Under the pieces are notes generated by a model, which was given only the letters and a program-made list of their open reading frames with translations, made no database searches and was not told the origin of the DNA. From Candidatus Levyibacteriota bacterium (GTDB lineage Bacteria; Patescibacteriota; Microgenomatia; Levybacterales; UBA12049): a stretch of DNA of 64,000 nucleotides. Made by a program: the position numbers and the translations under genes. This document shows positions 9,578-19,178 of the stretch, in pieces. Within the stretch, counting starts at the first letter, position 1. Every line of letters begins with the position of its first letter. The stretch covers positions 469,682 to 533,681 of the forward strand of contig PLZJ01000002.1 of NCBI GenBank assembly GCA_003152105.1, given 5' to 3'.

Positions 9578-10567
9578 ATGAAATTTGATTTGCAAAAAGA
9601 TGATGCCTTTGCCGTTTTATCATCAACAAAACCTGTTGTTGAAAATCTTCATTTTGTAAGAATTCATAATGAAAAAATTGAAATGATTGCAAAACAATGT
9701 GAAGTTGAAATAAAGAAAGGATTTGGTAATGCAAATGATCATTTTGGAAACGCGAAAACGCTAGAGGATCATATGCAGTTGATTTTTCTTTTAGACTGTA
9801 TCAACTTTTGTTTTTGGGCAGAAAAAGATAAGCCAGTTTGGGAAGTTGCATTTCCGAAAAAAGAAGCACCTAACGGTGGCTGGTATGGATTAACAAAATG
9901 TTTTGCAAAAGCATTACATAATAAAATACCTTTGCTAGACGCAGCGTTTCTTTCAAAACTCACGCTGCCAAAAGCTCGTGAAATATTCGTTGGGCAAGAT
10001 AATGTCGAAATACCATTGCTTCCGGAAAGAGTAAGAAATTTAGTAGAAGCAGGAAAGGTGCTTTTGAAGAAATATGACGGAAAATTTATACGTGTTTTAG
10101 AAAAAGCTCAATATGACGTTTTAAATTTGGTACCACTATTATATAAAGACTTTTCATCATTTCGCGATTACTCGCTTTTTAATGGTGAGAAAGTATATTT
10201 TTTAAAGCGAGCGCAAATTTGCGCTCAAGATCTTTCATACCTTTCGACTATATACAAGGAATTTGAAATGAAACATTTAGATAGCGTGACTGCTTTTGCC
10301 GATTATAAAGTGCCACAAATGCTTAGATATTTTGGGGCAATTTCATATACCATTGATCTTGCAAATAAAATTGATACAAAAACGTTAATAAAAAAAGACA
10401 GTAGAGAAGAAATTGAAATAAGAGCAGCAACCATCTGGTGTGTTGAGAAAATGAGGCAAGTAAATGATGCGTATACTGCTGCGCAGCTTGATAATGCGTT
10501 ATGGCAAATATCTCAGAACAATATAGGTATTCTTCCCTATCATAGAACAAAAACGATATTTTATTAA
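9578..10567 (+). CDS. Queuosine salvage protein (DUF2419/Qng1-like)
   Basis: Motifs DCINFCFW, KRAQICAQDL, FADYKVPQMLRYFG characteristic of DUF2419. Confidence 0.55.
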   Translation: MKFDLQKDDAFAVLSSTKPVVENLHFVRIHNEKIEMIAKQCEVEIKKGFGNANDHFGNAKTLEDHMQLIFLLDCINFCFWAEKDKPVWEVAFPKKEAPNGGWYGLTKCFAKALHNKIPLLDAAFLSKLTLPKAREIFVGQDNVEIPLLPERVRNLVEAGKVLLKKYDGKFIRVLEKAQYDVLNLVPLLYKDFSSFRDYSLFNGEKVYFLKRAQICAQDLSYLSTIYKEFEMKHLDSVTAFADYKVPQMLRYFGAISYTIDLANKIDTKTLIKKDSREEIEIRAATIWCVEKMRQVNDAYTAAQLDNALWQISQNNIGILPYHRTKTIFY

Positions 10568-10653
10568 CGCCCTCCTCGAATCATAAGGATCCATAAGTTC
10601 ATAGATTCTTCTAATTGAAATAGCCATGGAATAAATGATACACTTTTGAACAT

Positions 10654-11409
10654 ATGCACTCGCCAAAAGTTGAAACTACGCAAGATGCATTTTTGAAAAA
10701 CGGGCTTCCATTTATAAAGAGTATTCAAAAAATTGATTGCAAAAAATCTACAATTGATGGAGTTTCGTTTATTTCTCCTACTCCTAATGAACTTGAAAAA
10801 TTAACGTTTTATTTAGCTATTCAAATCGAAGAATATGAAAAAAAATTGCAATCTTCAAGAAAATTTAATCATCCATTTTCATTTCAAAGAATAATAGCAG
10901 TAGGAACAGGTGGGTATACATTCGCAAAAAAATTAAAAGAACATCTCCATTTGCCACTTTCAGTCTTGGAAGCACGGTCTTATAAAGGATTAAAACGCGC
11001 AAGTAAAGTTGGTATTACGTTATCTCTTTCAAATTCTATTATAGGTGAACATGTATTATTGCTAGATGAGGTAAACGACAAAGGAGAAACATTAAAAGGA
11101 GTAAAGGCATATGTGAAAGCAATGGGGCCAAAATCTATTACGACTGCGACACTTTTTTATAAACCTAAATCAAAAACAAAATCTGATATTTATGCATATG
11201 AAACTTCTTCTTGGATTATTTTTCCTCATGAAACAAGTGAATTTATTGAAGAAAGATATGAGGCATGGAAAAAGACGTATACGGTTGCAAAAATGTATTC
11301 ACTTCTTGTTGACAAGATTGGTTTACCAAAAGAAGAAGTATCATATTATTTAACCCGTGCTATTCAAAATGAACATAAAGAAGCTGCGAATCACAAGAAA
11401 AAATCATAG
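10654..11409 (+). CDS. Phosphoribosyltransferase (type I PRTase fold)
   Basis: PRPP-binding loop VLLLDEVNDKGETL; RIIAVGTGGY. Confidence 0.6.
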   Translation: MHSPKVETTQDAFLKNGLPFIKSIQKIDCKKSTIDGVSFISPTPNELEKLTFYLAIQIEEYEKKLQSSRKFNHPFSFQRIIAVGTGGYTFAKKLKEHLHLPLSVLEARSYKGLKRASKVGITLSLSNSIIGEHVLLLDEVNDKGETLKGVKAYVKAMGPKSITTATLFYKPKSKTKSDIYAYETSSWIIFPHETSEFIEERYEAWKKTYTVAKMYSLLVDKIGLPKEEVSYYLTRAIQNEHKEAANHKKKS

Positions 11410-12577
11410 ATACGCACTTCGTGGTAAAATAATAAATGTGAGAAGAATTATTTATTATATTTTTATAGCAATTTTTTCCTCACTTCTTGGTTTTTATTTA
11501 TCAAATGTTCTTCTTTTTCATACAACATCATTTACACAACTATTGCCTGAAAAAAAAGAAGTCATAGGTTTTTTGCCATACGAAACTCTTAGTCGTGCAA
11601 AAACATACTACAGTGGCATTACAACGCTTGCATATTTTGCGTTAACAATTGGAGACGACGGAAATATCGTAAAACTACAAACACCTCAACAAGAAGATCC
11701 AGGTTGGTACGCGTTGTCATCTGGAAAAGTAAACCCATTTTTACAAAGTGCAAAAGCACATAATCAATCATTGGCGCTCGTTGTTTTTAGTGGCAATAAT
11801 GATGTAATTTCAAATCTCGTTTCTAATCCCTTGAAAAATGGGCAAACACTAGCACATGATCTTTTGCCAGTAATGCATAAATATGGGTTTACAAAACTTA
11901 ATATTGATATTGAAGCAACAGCAACTGCTTCATCTTCTTCACAAAAACAGTTTGGTCAATTTATAAAGTCACTTTCATCTGCCATGCAAAATGGAGGAAT
12001 AAATGAAATCTCTCTTGACATGAGTCCTTCGGATTTTGTCAAAAGTGATTTAATTGATCCTTCTCTTGTATCTCCAATGGTAAATCAAGTGGTTGTAATG
12101 GCTTATGATTATCATTCAACAAGCTCAATTGTGACAGGACCTGTAGCACCGCTTTCAGGAGCAGGGATTTCTTTGGAATATGATACAGAAGCGGCAGTAA
12201 AGAATGCATTGATGACAATTCCAAGCGATAAATTATTACTTGGTATGCCCCTTTATGGTTACGAGTGGGATACACTAACCACTGGAGATAGAATTGCTAG
12301 CATACCTGGTTCAGGGGTTGTTGCAAGTAATAAGAGAGCAGAAGCATTACTGTCAACATGTGCTAATTGTAAAAATAGCTATGACATGATCGATCAAGAA
12401 GAACATGTAAGTTATTTTGATCCGTCTGCTAATTTGTACCACGTATTATATTATCCGACAAAACAATCTACGCAGGCAAAAATTACCTTTGCAAAAGATA
12501 ATAATCTCGGAGGGGTTGCTTTATGGGCACTTGGTTTTGAGGGAAGTACTATACTTTCTCCACTTCAATCTTATTAA
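11357..12577 (+). CDS. Glycoside hydrolase family 18 (chitinase-like), N-terminal TM anchor; true start probably downstream of 11357
   Basis: GH18 catalytic motif LNIDIE, MAYDYH, GGVALWALG. Confidence 0.7.
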   Translation: MLFKMNIKKLRITRKNHRYALRGKIINVRRIIYYIFIAIFSSLLGFYLSNVLLFHTTSFTQLLPEKKEVIGFLPYETLSRAKTYYSGITTLAYFALTIGDDGNIVKLQTPQQEDPGWYALSSGKVNPFLQSAKAHNQSLALVVFSGNNDVISNLVSNPLKNGQTLAHDLLPVMHKYGFTKLNIDIEATATASSSSQKQFGQFIKSLSSAMQNGGINEISLDMSPSDFVKSDLIDPSLVSPMVNQVVVMAYDYHSTSSIVTGPVAPLSGAGISLEYDTEAAVKNALMTIPSDKLLLGMPLYGYEWDTLTTGDRIASIPGSGVVASNKRAEALLSTCANCKNSYDMIDQEEHVSYFDPSANLYHVLYYPTKQSTQAKITFAKDNNLGGVALWALGFEGSTILSPLQSY

Positions 12578-12578
12578 C

Positions 12579-13226
12579 CTATTCCAAATTACCTGTCAGA
12601 TTTGTTTGCGAAAATACAAATCGTTGCCCGGCTTTTAATGAAACTTGTTGACTCGTATCCGTAGAATCAGTATAGCCAATTGTCCCAGACCCGGATTTTT
12701 GTGAAATAGAAGTCGTATCATTATCAACAGAAATCGTTACTACAGAAGAAGTATTTCCCAGTTGCAGTAATAGATTATTTTGAATTAATGCAACTGGATA
12801 CGTTCCAGTTATATGGTATGTCGCAGTACCTGAATCTTGGGAATATACAAATGAAGATTGTAGAGCTTGAATAATGGAAACTTGTGTATTTTTGAGTAAA
12901 GAAATACTTGTACTGCTTGGAAATTCAATATTTGCTTGTCCATCCGTTTTAGTTAATACAAGTTCGCCCTGTACTAGAGGCTCCATACCAGTAAATTTTG
13001 CAGGTTGTGTGGCGATTCTCGTTTCTACTTCAACATCTCCACTGATTGCTGAGATTGTTCCCTGTATGCTTTGTTTTGGAGGATTTGCAATCGAAAATGA
13101 TGAAGTTATAGTTGGAGGTGATGCAAAAGGTGGTGTATGCGATACGGGAGTTGTAACTAGCGAATATGAAAATGCTATTCCTATACCAATAAGTAGAAAT
13201 ATAACAAAAGTAAAAAGATATTTCAT
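12579..13226 (-). CDS. Secreted/anchored hypothetical protein (N-terminal TM, S/T-rich)
   Basis: ORF with N-terminal hydrophobic anchor. Confidence 0.4.
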   Translation of the reverse strand: MKYLFTFVIFLLIGIGIAFSYSLVTTPVSHTPPFASPPTITSSFSIANPPKQSIQGTISAISGDVEVETRIATQPAKFTGMEPLVQGELVLTKTDGQANIEFPSSTSISLLKNTQVSIIQALQSSFVYSQDSGTATYHITGTYPVALIQNNLLLQLGNTSSVVTISVDNDTTSISQKSGSGTIGYTDSTDTSQQVSLKAGQRFVFSQTNLTGNLE

Positions 13227-13277
13227 TGATCTAGTGCAAGTATACTACACGATGCGTTTGGTAACAAAAAATAGCCC

Positions 13278-14513
13278 TTAGGCTTTCTTATAAACATAGA
13301 AGAAATCTTTTTGATATCCAGTTAAATATGCCCGTCCACCATTTACCATATTTTGCATCAAAGGTTGATACGTATATTGCCCGCTTCCTAATGGTTCGTA
13401 AACAACAAATCGTACCCAAGCGGCGTTAATATCTAGCTGCATAGCATTTACTGCACCTGCTGCAATTAAGGCTTTTGCGAGAGTTTGCGGTATTAATGAA
13501 TATCCTGCCGCATAAATAAGATTTCCATCTTTTGTAATACCAATGCCAGAACGCCATGTATACATGCTATTGGTTGTTGTAAGACCCCATGTTTGCATAT
13601 TCCAAAGCGATGACGAGGTGATATCTTTTCCATCTTGTACTAGCAGTGGTCCGTTTTGACGTGCACCTATAACATCTGGGGCAAGTGATTCACCAGCATA
13701 TTTTATAATTTGTGGACTTCTATCAGAGAACATCAGGAAAGTTGCATTTCCTGGTTTTAAAGGCAGGTATGTGTGTTTGCCAACAATCATTCCATATCCA
13801 CCATCTTTGTTTAAAAACCCTCCATTAAAGGCTGCAACAAGGTTATTATCTTGCTGTATGTCAAATGGAATTTTTCCTGGTCCAGGATCAGTTGGTCCTC
13901 CTGGTTGAATATATCCCGCAACAGGCAAAACGGATAAGTTAGTCATGTCCATTTTTACAAGAGCAACAACTGCATATGACCTATCCGGATCAGGGCGTAC
14001 AAATGTTCGTGCGATTTCCCATTTCTTTGTCCCAATTGTAATTGGTGTCCAAACACCTTCATTTGGTAAAAGAGTAAAGTGCGTAAGAGGAGGAATAGGA
14101 GTAAGAGTTAGGGTTGGAAGGTTTTGGAATTTAGCAATTTTTGGTAAGACGGTAAATACATGTGAGCTTGGATTTTGAAAATTATATTTAATTTTATTTG
14201 CCTGATCTTCAATTGCAAAAACTATTGATTCAACATTAATAGTTGCTTTATCTCCAATTAAAGGTCGAATAATATTATCAGTGGTATTTGCTAGAAAAAG
14301 AGGATTAACTTCGAGTTCTGTAAATAGAAGAAGTACTGCTAGGACAAAAAATATAATAATTAAAAGTATTGTGGCAGGTAGGGAAAATATATTTTTCAGT
14401 CTTATAATACTTGAATTAGGTAAGTTTTTTTGAGAATTTTGATTATGTTTTTTGTGAGATGTTTTTGTTTTTTCCTTTGTCTTTTTTGAAGAGTTAAGTT
14501 TAGATTTTTTCAT
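13278..14513 (-). CDS. Phosphodiester glycosidase family protein (DUF2233-like), membrane anchored, K-rich N-terminus
   Basis: C-terminal NAMQLD motif and GITKDGNLIYAAG resemble DUF2233/NAGPA-like family. Confidence 0.5.
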   Translation of the reverse strand: MKKSKLNSSKKTKEKTKTSHKKHNQNSQKNLPNSSIIRLKNIFSLPATILLIIIFFVLAVLLLFTELEVNPLFLANTTDNIIRPLIGDKATINVESIVFAIEDQANKIKYNFQNPSSHVFTVLPKIAKFQNLPTLTLTPIPPLTHFTLLPNEGVWTPITIGTKKWEIARTFVRPDPDRSYAVVALVKMDMTNLSVLPVAGYIQPGGPTDPGPGKIPFDIQQDNNLVAAFNGGFLNKDGGYGMIVGKHTYLPLKPGNATFLMFSDRSPQIIKYAGESLAPDVIGARQNGPLLVQDGKDITSSSLWNMQTWGLTTTNSMYTWRSGIGITKDGNLIYAAGYSLIPQTLAKALIAAGAVNAMQLDINAAWVRFVVYEPLGSGQYTYQPLMQNMVNGGRAYLTGYQKDFFYVYKKA

Positions 14514-14773
14514 TTTAAGTTAGTTAATAGTATATCAAAGAATAACTGATGTGAAAACCGGACTAATATTGGGAAATATTCAAATTCATGATTTATAGAA
14601 CCAGGAATAATTAGCTGAACTATTACTTGCATTTATAAAAATAATTTGATATATTTCAATCCGTTTAGCATTAGTAATGGTGAGTTTGGATAAATGAATA
14701 ATAACCCAATATCACCTGCCTATATTCCCCAATGTAATTATTTTTCGTTATGTTTTCAAAGAGGAGGTGAATT

Positions 14774-15097
14774 GTGAAGAAAACAATAATTCTTTTGTTT
14801 ATTGTAACTATTTTTTTAAGTGCACAACCTGCTTTTGCTGATAATGCAGATATTAATAAAGTTCAATCCTTTGTTCAAAGCGTTATTCAACTAATGGTAA
14901 CTCTTGCTGGATTGGTTGCATCTGGCTTTTTTGTTGTAGGAGGATTCCGTTATATAACAAGCTCTGGTAATCCACTGCAATTAGAAAAAGCAAAAAAAAC
15001 AATATTATATTCTGCGATTGGATTAGTGATAGTATTGGGAGCATTTGTTTTTAGTAACATCGTTACTAACCTAGGAACGCAAGCATTCGGTAAATAA
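14774..15097 (+). CDS. VirB2/TrbC-like T4SS pilin precursor (GTG start)
   Basis: Signal peptide + two TM hairpin (LAGLVASGFFVVGGFRYITSSGNP...LYSAIGLVIVLGAFVF); RBS AGAGGAGGTGA 5 nt upstream; precedes VirB6/VirB4 genes. Confidence 0.5.
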   Translation: MKKTIILLFIVTIFLSAQPAFADNADINKVQSFVQSVIQLMVTLAGLVASGFFVVGGFRYITSSGNPLQLEKAKKTILYSAIGLVIVLGAFVFSNIVTNLGTQAFGK

Positions 15098-15105
15098 ATC
15101 GAATA

Positions 15106-16368
15106 ATGAGAAAAGTTAATATATTAATTCTTGCACTAAGCTTGTTTTCAAGCTCGTCTTCTTATGCTTTTGCAAGCAATAATGAAATTCCCAATTTTAC
15201 GAATTCTACTATACATTTTGTTTCTGCTTTTGCAGCTTTATTGTTTATACTTTTCTTAATTAGGGGAGGTTATTATTATATTATTTCTAGTGGTAATGCT
15301 GAAAGATTAATTTCAGCCAAAAGAACAATACTAAATGCCAGTATAGGCTTACTAATTATTATAGCATCTACATTTATAAGTTCTTATCTTCAAAGTACAT
15401 TTAATTCAAATTTCAATACTCACACTGGTAATTCGATTATATTACCTAAAATTCAAGAATCAACATCTTCATCTGGTATTTCTCAAGCGTTAAATGATGC
15501 TATTTCTGGGTTTTTACAGGTGCTGATACAAAGCGCAACAAAACCAACAATTGATGGAATAATTGGATTTTTGTCGTCAACTCCAAGTTTAATACAAAAT
15601 CAAACAATTTTTCATTTTTGGTTAATTATGGTTGGGATCGCAGATTCATTATTTGTTCTTGTAATTGTGTTATTAGGATTGCAAATTATGAGCTCGGAAT
15701 CCTTGGGATTTGGTGAAGTAAATATTAGAAGTGTTATGCCTAAATTAATGATATCGTTTATAGGAATTCATTGTTCAATTTTTATATTACAATGGTTTAT
15801 TGACTTGTGTAATATATTATCAACCACGTTAGTGAATATAACAGGTGGGATTGATCATGCATGGATTATAGATGCTTTTTCTTCAGGCGCTATTTCTATT
15901 GGATCTGAACCGATTATTACTTTAATTTTTTTATTGTTATTTTTAATTTTATCAATAATTTTGCTTCTTTTTTATATCAGTCGTTTAATAATAATTGGTT
16001 TAATAGCTGTTTTATCACCGTTAATATTTTTAATTTGGCCAATTCCTAGATTTTCAGATTTTGCAGAAATCACATTAAAATCCTACCTAGTTACAATTTT
16101 TACGGTATTTATTCATTTGGTAATTATCGAACTTGCATCAGCAATGTTAACTGTTCCAGGTGAAAATGTACACGATAATACATTTATCTCAGTATTAATA
16201 GGTGTAGGCTTACTCTTCTTATTAATAAAAACGCCATCGGTAATGATGCAGTTTATTTTTTATACAAAAGGGGTAAATATAATGAAATCATTCGCTAATC
16301 AAGTTATTAATGTTGCAAGTTCAAGGAGAAGCGTTGGTACGGAATTAGTTAAACATAATGTTGTATGA
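15106..16368 (+). CDS. VirB6/TrbL-like polytopic membrane protein with N-terminal VirB2-pilin-like domain
   Basis: N-terminal ~100 aa paralogous to upstream pilin (FILFLIRGGYYYIISSGNAERLISAKRTILNASIGLLII); >=6 further TMS. Confidence 0.5.
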   Translation: MRKVNILILALSLFSSSSSYAFASNNEIPNFTNSTIHFVSAFAALLFILFLIRGGYYYIISSGNAERLISAKRTILNASIGLLIIIASTFISSYLQSTFNSNFNTHTGNSIILPKIQESTSSSGISQALNDAISGFLQVLIQSATKPTIDGIIGFLSSTPSLIQNQTIFHFWLIMVGIADSLFVLVIVLLGLQIMSSESLGFGEVNIRSVMPKLMISFIGIHCSIFILQWFIDLCNILSTTLVNITGGIDHAWIIDAFSSGAISIGSEPIITLIFLLLFLILSIILLLFYISRLIIIGLIAVLSPLIFLIWPIPRFSDFAEITLKSYLVTIFTVFIHLVIIELASAMLTVPGENVHDNTFISVLIGVGLLFLLIKTPSVMMQFIFYTKGVNIMKSFANQVINVASSRRSVGTELVKHNVV

Positions 16369-16856
16369 AAACTACTAGAATACCAGCTCAAATTACAACT
16401 ATAGAAGATACAGTGGCTGGCAAATTGACATTAAGACAACTTATTTTATTAATAATTCCAATTATTTTATCGATGATGATGTATATATTTATTCCTAAAT
16501 ATTTTAATTTCTCAACTCCAAAGATAATTATTTCTTCTTTCCTAATAATAATTTCATCTGTAGCATCTATTAATACTAAGAATAGATTGATAATAGATTG
16601 GATTGTGATCCTTATCAAATATATTTTTCGGCCCAAATATTTCGTCTACGAAAGATCTAGTATTACGTTTAAAGATAAATTGAAAATGAACTTAATAAAT
16701 AATAAAAATCATGAAAATATTAAGAATAAAATTGAAGAAAAAACCATTTCGACAATATTCAGTTACGGTAAAATTTCACTTAATCCAAAATTTTCTATTA
16801 GTTTTAAGCCTGTTAAAAAAGGAGGTATAAAAGTTGCTATATATAAAATATCGTAA
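16365..16856 (+). CDS. VirB3/PrgI-like small T4SS membrane protein
   Basis: Short N-terminal segment then TM (LTLRQLILLIIPIILSMMMYIFIP); position immediately upstream of VirB4. Confidence 0.35.
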   Translation: MKTTRIPAQITTIEDTVAGKLTLRQLILLIIPIILSMMMYIFIPKYFNFSTPKIIISSFLIIISSVASINTKNRLIIDWIVILIKYIFRPKYFVYERSSITFKDKLKMNLINNKNHENIKNKIEEKTISTIFSYGKISLNPKFSISFKPVKKGGIKVAIYKIS

Positions 16857-17424
16857 TAAAGGTAGTTCTGCAAACCAGATTAAAATTAAAGAAGTAAAAG
16901 ATGGGATATTATGTTTACCAAATAATTTATATAGTGGTATTTTGGAAACCTCTTCTGTTAACTTTGAGTTAAAGAGTATATCTGAACAAGAAATATTATT
17001 ATATTCATTTGAGACGTTTTTAAATTCGCTCCCGTGTCCGATACAGATTTTAGTTCGTACTCGCGAAGTAGTACTGGAAGAATATTTAGAAAGAATTGAT
17101 TCCTTAGGTTTGAAAGAGAATGAGATAATTTATAAAAAGCAATTGAAAAGTTACTCTGAATTTATAAGCAAACTAATTGTAGGAAATAAAATTCTTTCAA
17201 GAAAATTTTATGTGATATATTCATATAATTGTACAAGTGAATTTTCCGTAGTTAAGGAACACATGCAATTGCTGCAAAATATTCTAGTTTCTGGATTTGA
17301 AAGATTGTCTATGAAGGCAAATCCTCAGTCTTCATTGGATATTTTAAAAATCTTTTATACTTTTTATCAACCTGAAAGATCTAAAGTGCAAACCTTGACC
17401 AATGGACTGTTTGATAATATATGA
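16834..17424 (+). CDS. VirB4/TrbE/CagE-family ATPase, N-terminal fragment (separate ORF; either split gene or frameshift)
   Basis: N-terminal VirB4-like region (VNFELKSISEQEILLYSFETFLNSLPCPIQILVRTREV); ends in ATGA overlap with next ORF; 196+585 aa = typical VirB4 length. Confidence 0.5.
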   Translation: MLYIKYRNKGSSANQIKIKEVKDGILCLPNNLYSGILETSSVNFELKSISEQEILLYSFETFLNSLPCPIQILVRTREVVLEEYLERIDSLGLKENEIIYKKQLKSYSEFISKLIVGNKILSRKFYVIYSYNCTSEFSVVKEHMQLLQNILVSGFERLSMKANPQSSLDILKIFYTFYQPERSKVQTLTNGLFDNI

Positions 17425-19178
17425 TCAATTTTTTCAATTTTAATAGCTTTTTTAGAAAAGACACCCAAAATGGCGAAGGAAAAGCATATGATTTTTTGTT
17501 AAAAGATCAAAATGCTATTGATTTAATATCATATGATGGACTTGAAGAGAATAGTACATTTATAAGAATGGGTGATTCATATATTCGAACTCTATTTATT
17601 TCGGGTTATCCATATACAGCAAGTTCAGGATGGCTCTCGCATTTAATAAACTTTAATCAGAATGTAGATATATCTTTTCATATTGAAGAAGTTGATTCTC
17701 AATTAGCTTTACCGAAACTGAACAGAAAAATTACAGAACTTGAGTCTACAAGACGAGCAATGGAAAAACAGGGCAGATTTATAGGATCAGAAATTACAGA
17801 TCCTTTAGAATCTGCGATAGAGTTAAAAAATAAAATTCAAAGAGGACAACAAAAAATGTTTCAATTGTCAATATATATACTTTTGCATTCATCCACAATA
17901 GAGGAATTAAATAAATTAACTAGAATTCTAGAGACACTCTTGGCAACACGACTGTTTTTTTCAAAAATTTCTACATTTCAGCAAATTGAAGGCCTGCAAT
18001 CAATTTTGCCTAGAGGTGAGGATATATTAAAACATAAACGAAATCTTGATAGTGAATCGGCATCTTTAACTTTTCCTTTTATTTCTTCAGAGTTGGTTCA
18101 AGAATCCGGAATTTTATTTGGTATAAATAAATCTAATAATTCATTAGTAATTGTAGATCGATTTTCACTTACGAATGCTAATAGTATAATTTTTGCACAA
18201 TCAGGAAGTGGTAAGTCATATACCTCAAAAGTGGAGATTTTAAGACAACTTATGCACGGTACAGATGTGATAGTAATAGATCCAGAAGGTGAATATAGAC
18301 AACTGTGTAATTCAGTAAAAGGAACTTATATTTCATTATCTATTAATTCAAAAGAAAAAATTAATCCCTTCGACTTAAACGGAAGTTTAGTAAATTTTGA
18401 AGATAAAGTACAGCAATTAACTGAATTATTTTCATTAATGCTGGATGGATTTACCAGTAGAGAAAAAGCAATTATAGACAAAGCTATACTTAAAACTTAC
18501 AAGATATTTGGGTGGACGAGTAAAAAGAAAGGAATAGAATTTCCATTATTGAAAGATCTTTACAGTACTTTATTAAAAATGGAAGAATTTGATCTCAGTA
18601 ATAGGATAGAAAAATATGTTAATGGATCATTATCTAAATTGTTTAATAAACAAACTAATGTGGAATTAAAAAATAGGTTAATAGTATTTGAGATAAAACA
18701 TTTACCTGAGTCAATTAAATCAATTATGATGTTGGTATTAGCTTCACATATTAACGGGATTGTTAAAGTATATCCAAAACGGAGGCTATTAGTAATAGAT
18801 GAGGGGTGGAAATTGCTTGAAAATAAAGAAACAGCTAGATTCATGACAGACTTGGTCAGACGCGGAAGAAAATATTATTTGGGAGTAAATATTATCACAC
18901 AACAGGCAAACGATTTCCTTAACAATGAATATGGACGAGCTCTAGTTTCGCAATCTTCACTGAGGATTTTAATGAAACAAGATACAACCACAATTAAAAA
19001 AGTTGTGAATGAATTTGCTCTGTCAGAATATGAACGTAATTTTCTATTAACCTGTGATAAAGGTGAAGCTTTAATAATAGCTGATCAAAATCATGTATCT
19101 GTTCAAATTGTAACTTCCAAGTCTGAACATCCGCTGCTCACAACAGATCCTAAAGAACTGTTAAGAACAAGTGTATAA
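17421..19178 (+). CDS. VirB4/TrbE/CagE-family T4SS ATPase (central and C-terminal ATPase domain)
   Basis: Walker A SGSGKS, Walker B LLVIDEGW; VirB4-type flanking conservation. Confidence 0.85.
   Translation: MINFFNFNSFFRKDTQNGEGKAYDFLLKDQNAIDLISYDGLEENSTFIRMGDSYIRTLFISGYPYTASSGWLSHLINFNQNVDISFHIEEVDSQLALPKLNRKITELESTRRAMEKQGRFIGSEITDPLESAIELKNKIQRGQQKMFQLSIYILLHSSTIEELNKLTRILETLLATRLFFSKISTFQQIEGLQSILPRGEDILKHKRNLDSESASLTFPFISSELVQESGILFGINKSNNSLVIVDRFSLTNANSIIFAQSGSGKSYTSKVEILRQLMHGTDVIVIDPEGEYRQLCNSVKGTYISLSINSKEKINPFDLNGSLVNFEDKVQQLTELFSLMLDGFTSREKAIIDKAILKTYKIFGWTSKKKGIEFPLLKDLYSTLLKMEEFDLSNRIEKYVNGSLSKLFNKQTNVELKNRLIVFEIKHLPESIKSIMMLVLASHINGIVKVYPKRRLLVIDEGWKLLENKETARFMTDLVRRGRKYYLGVNIITQQANDFLNNEYGRALVSQSSLRILMKQDTTTIKKVVNEFALSEYERNFLLTCDKGEALIIADQNHVSVQIVTSKSEHPLLTTDPKELLRTSV

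Noticed and set aside
16400-16860. AT-rich repetitive stretch (runs of ATT/AAT) that could resemble an array
   Set aside because: It is low-complexity coding sequence of the Ile/Lys/Asn-rich VirB3-like ORF. There are no regular direct repeats with unique spacers, so it is not a CRISPR array.
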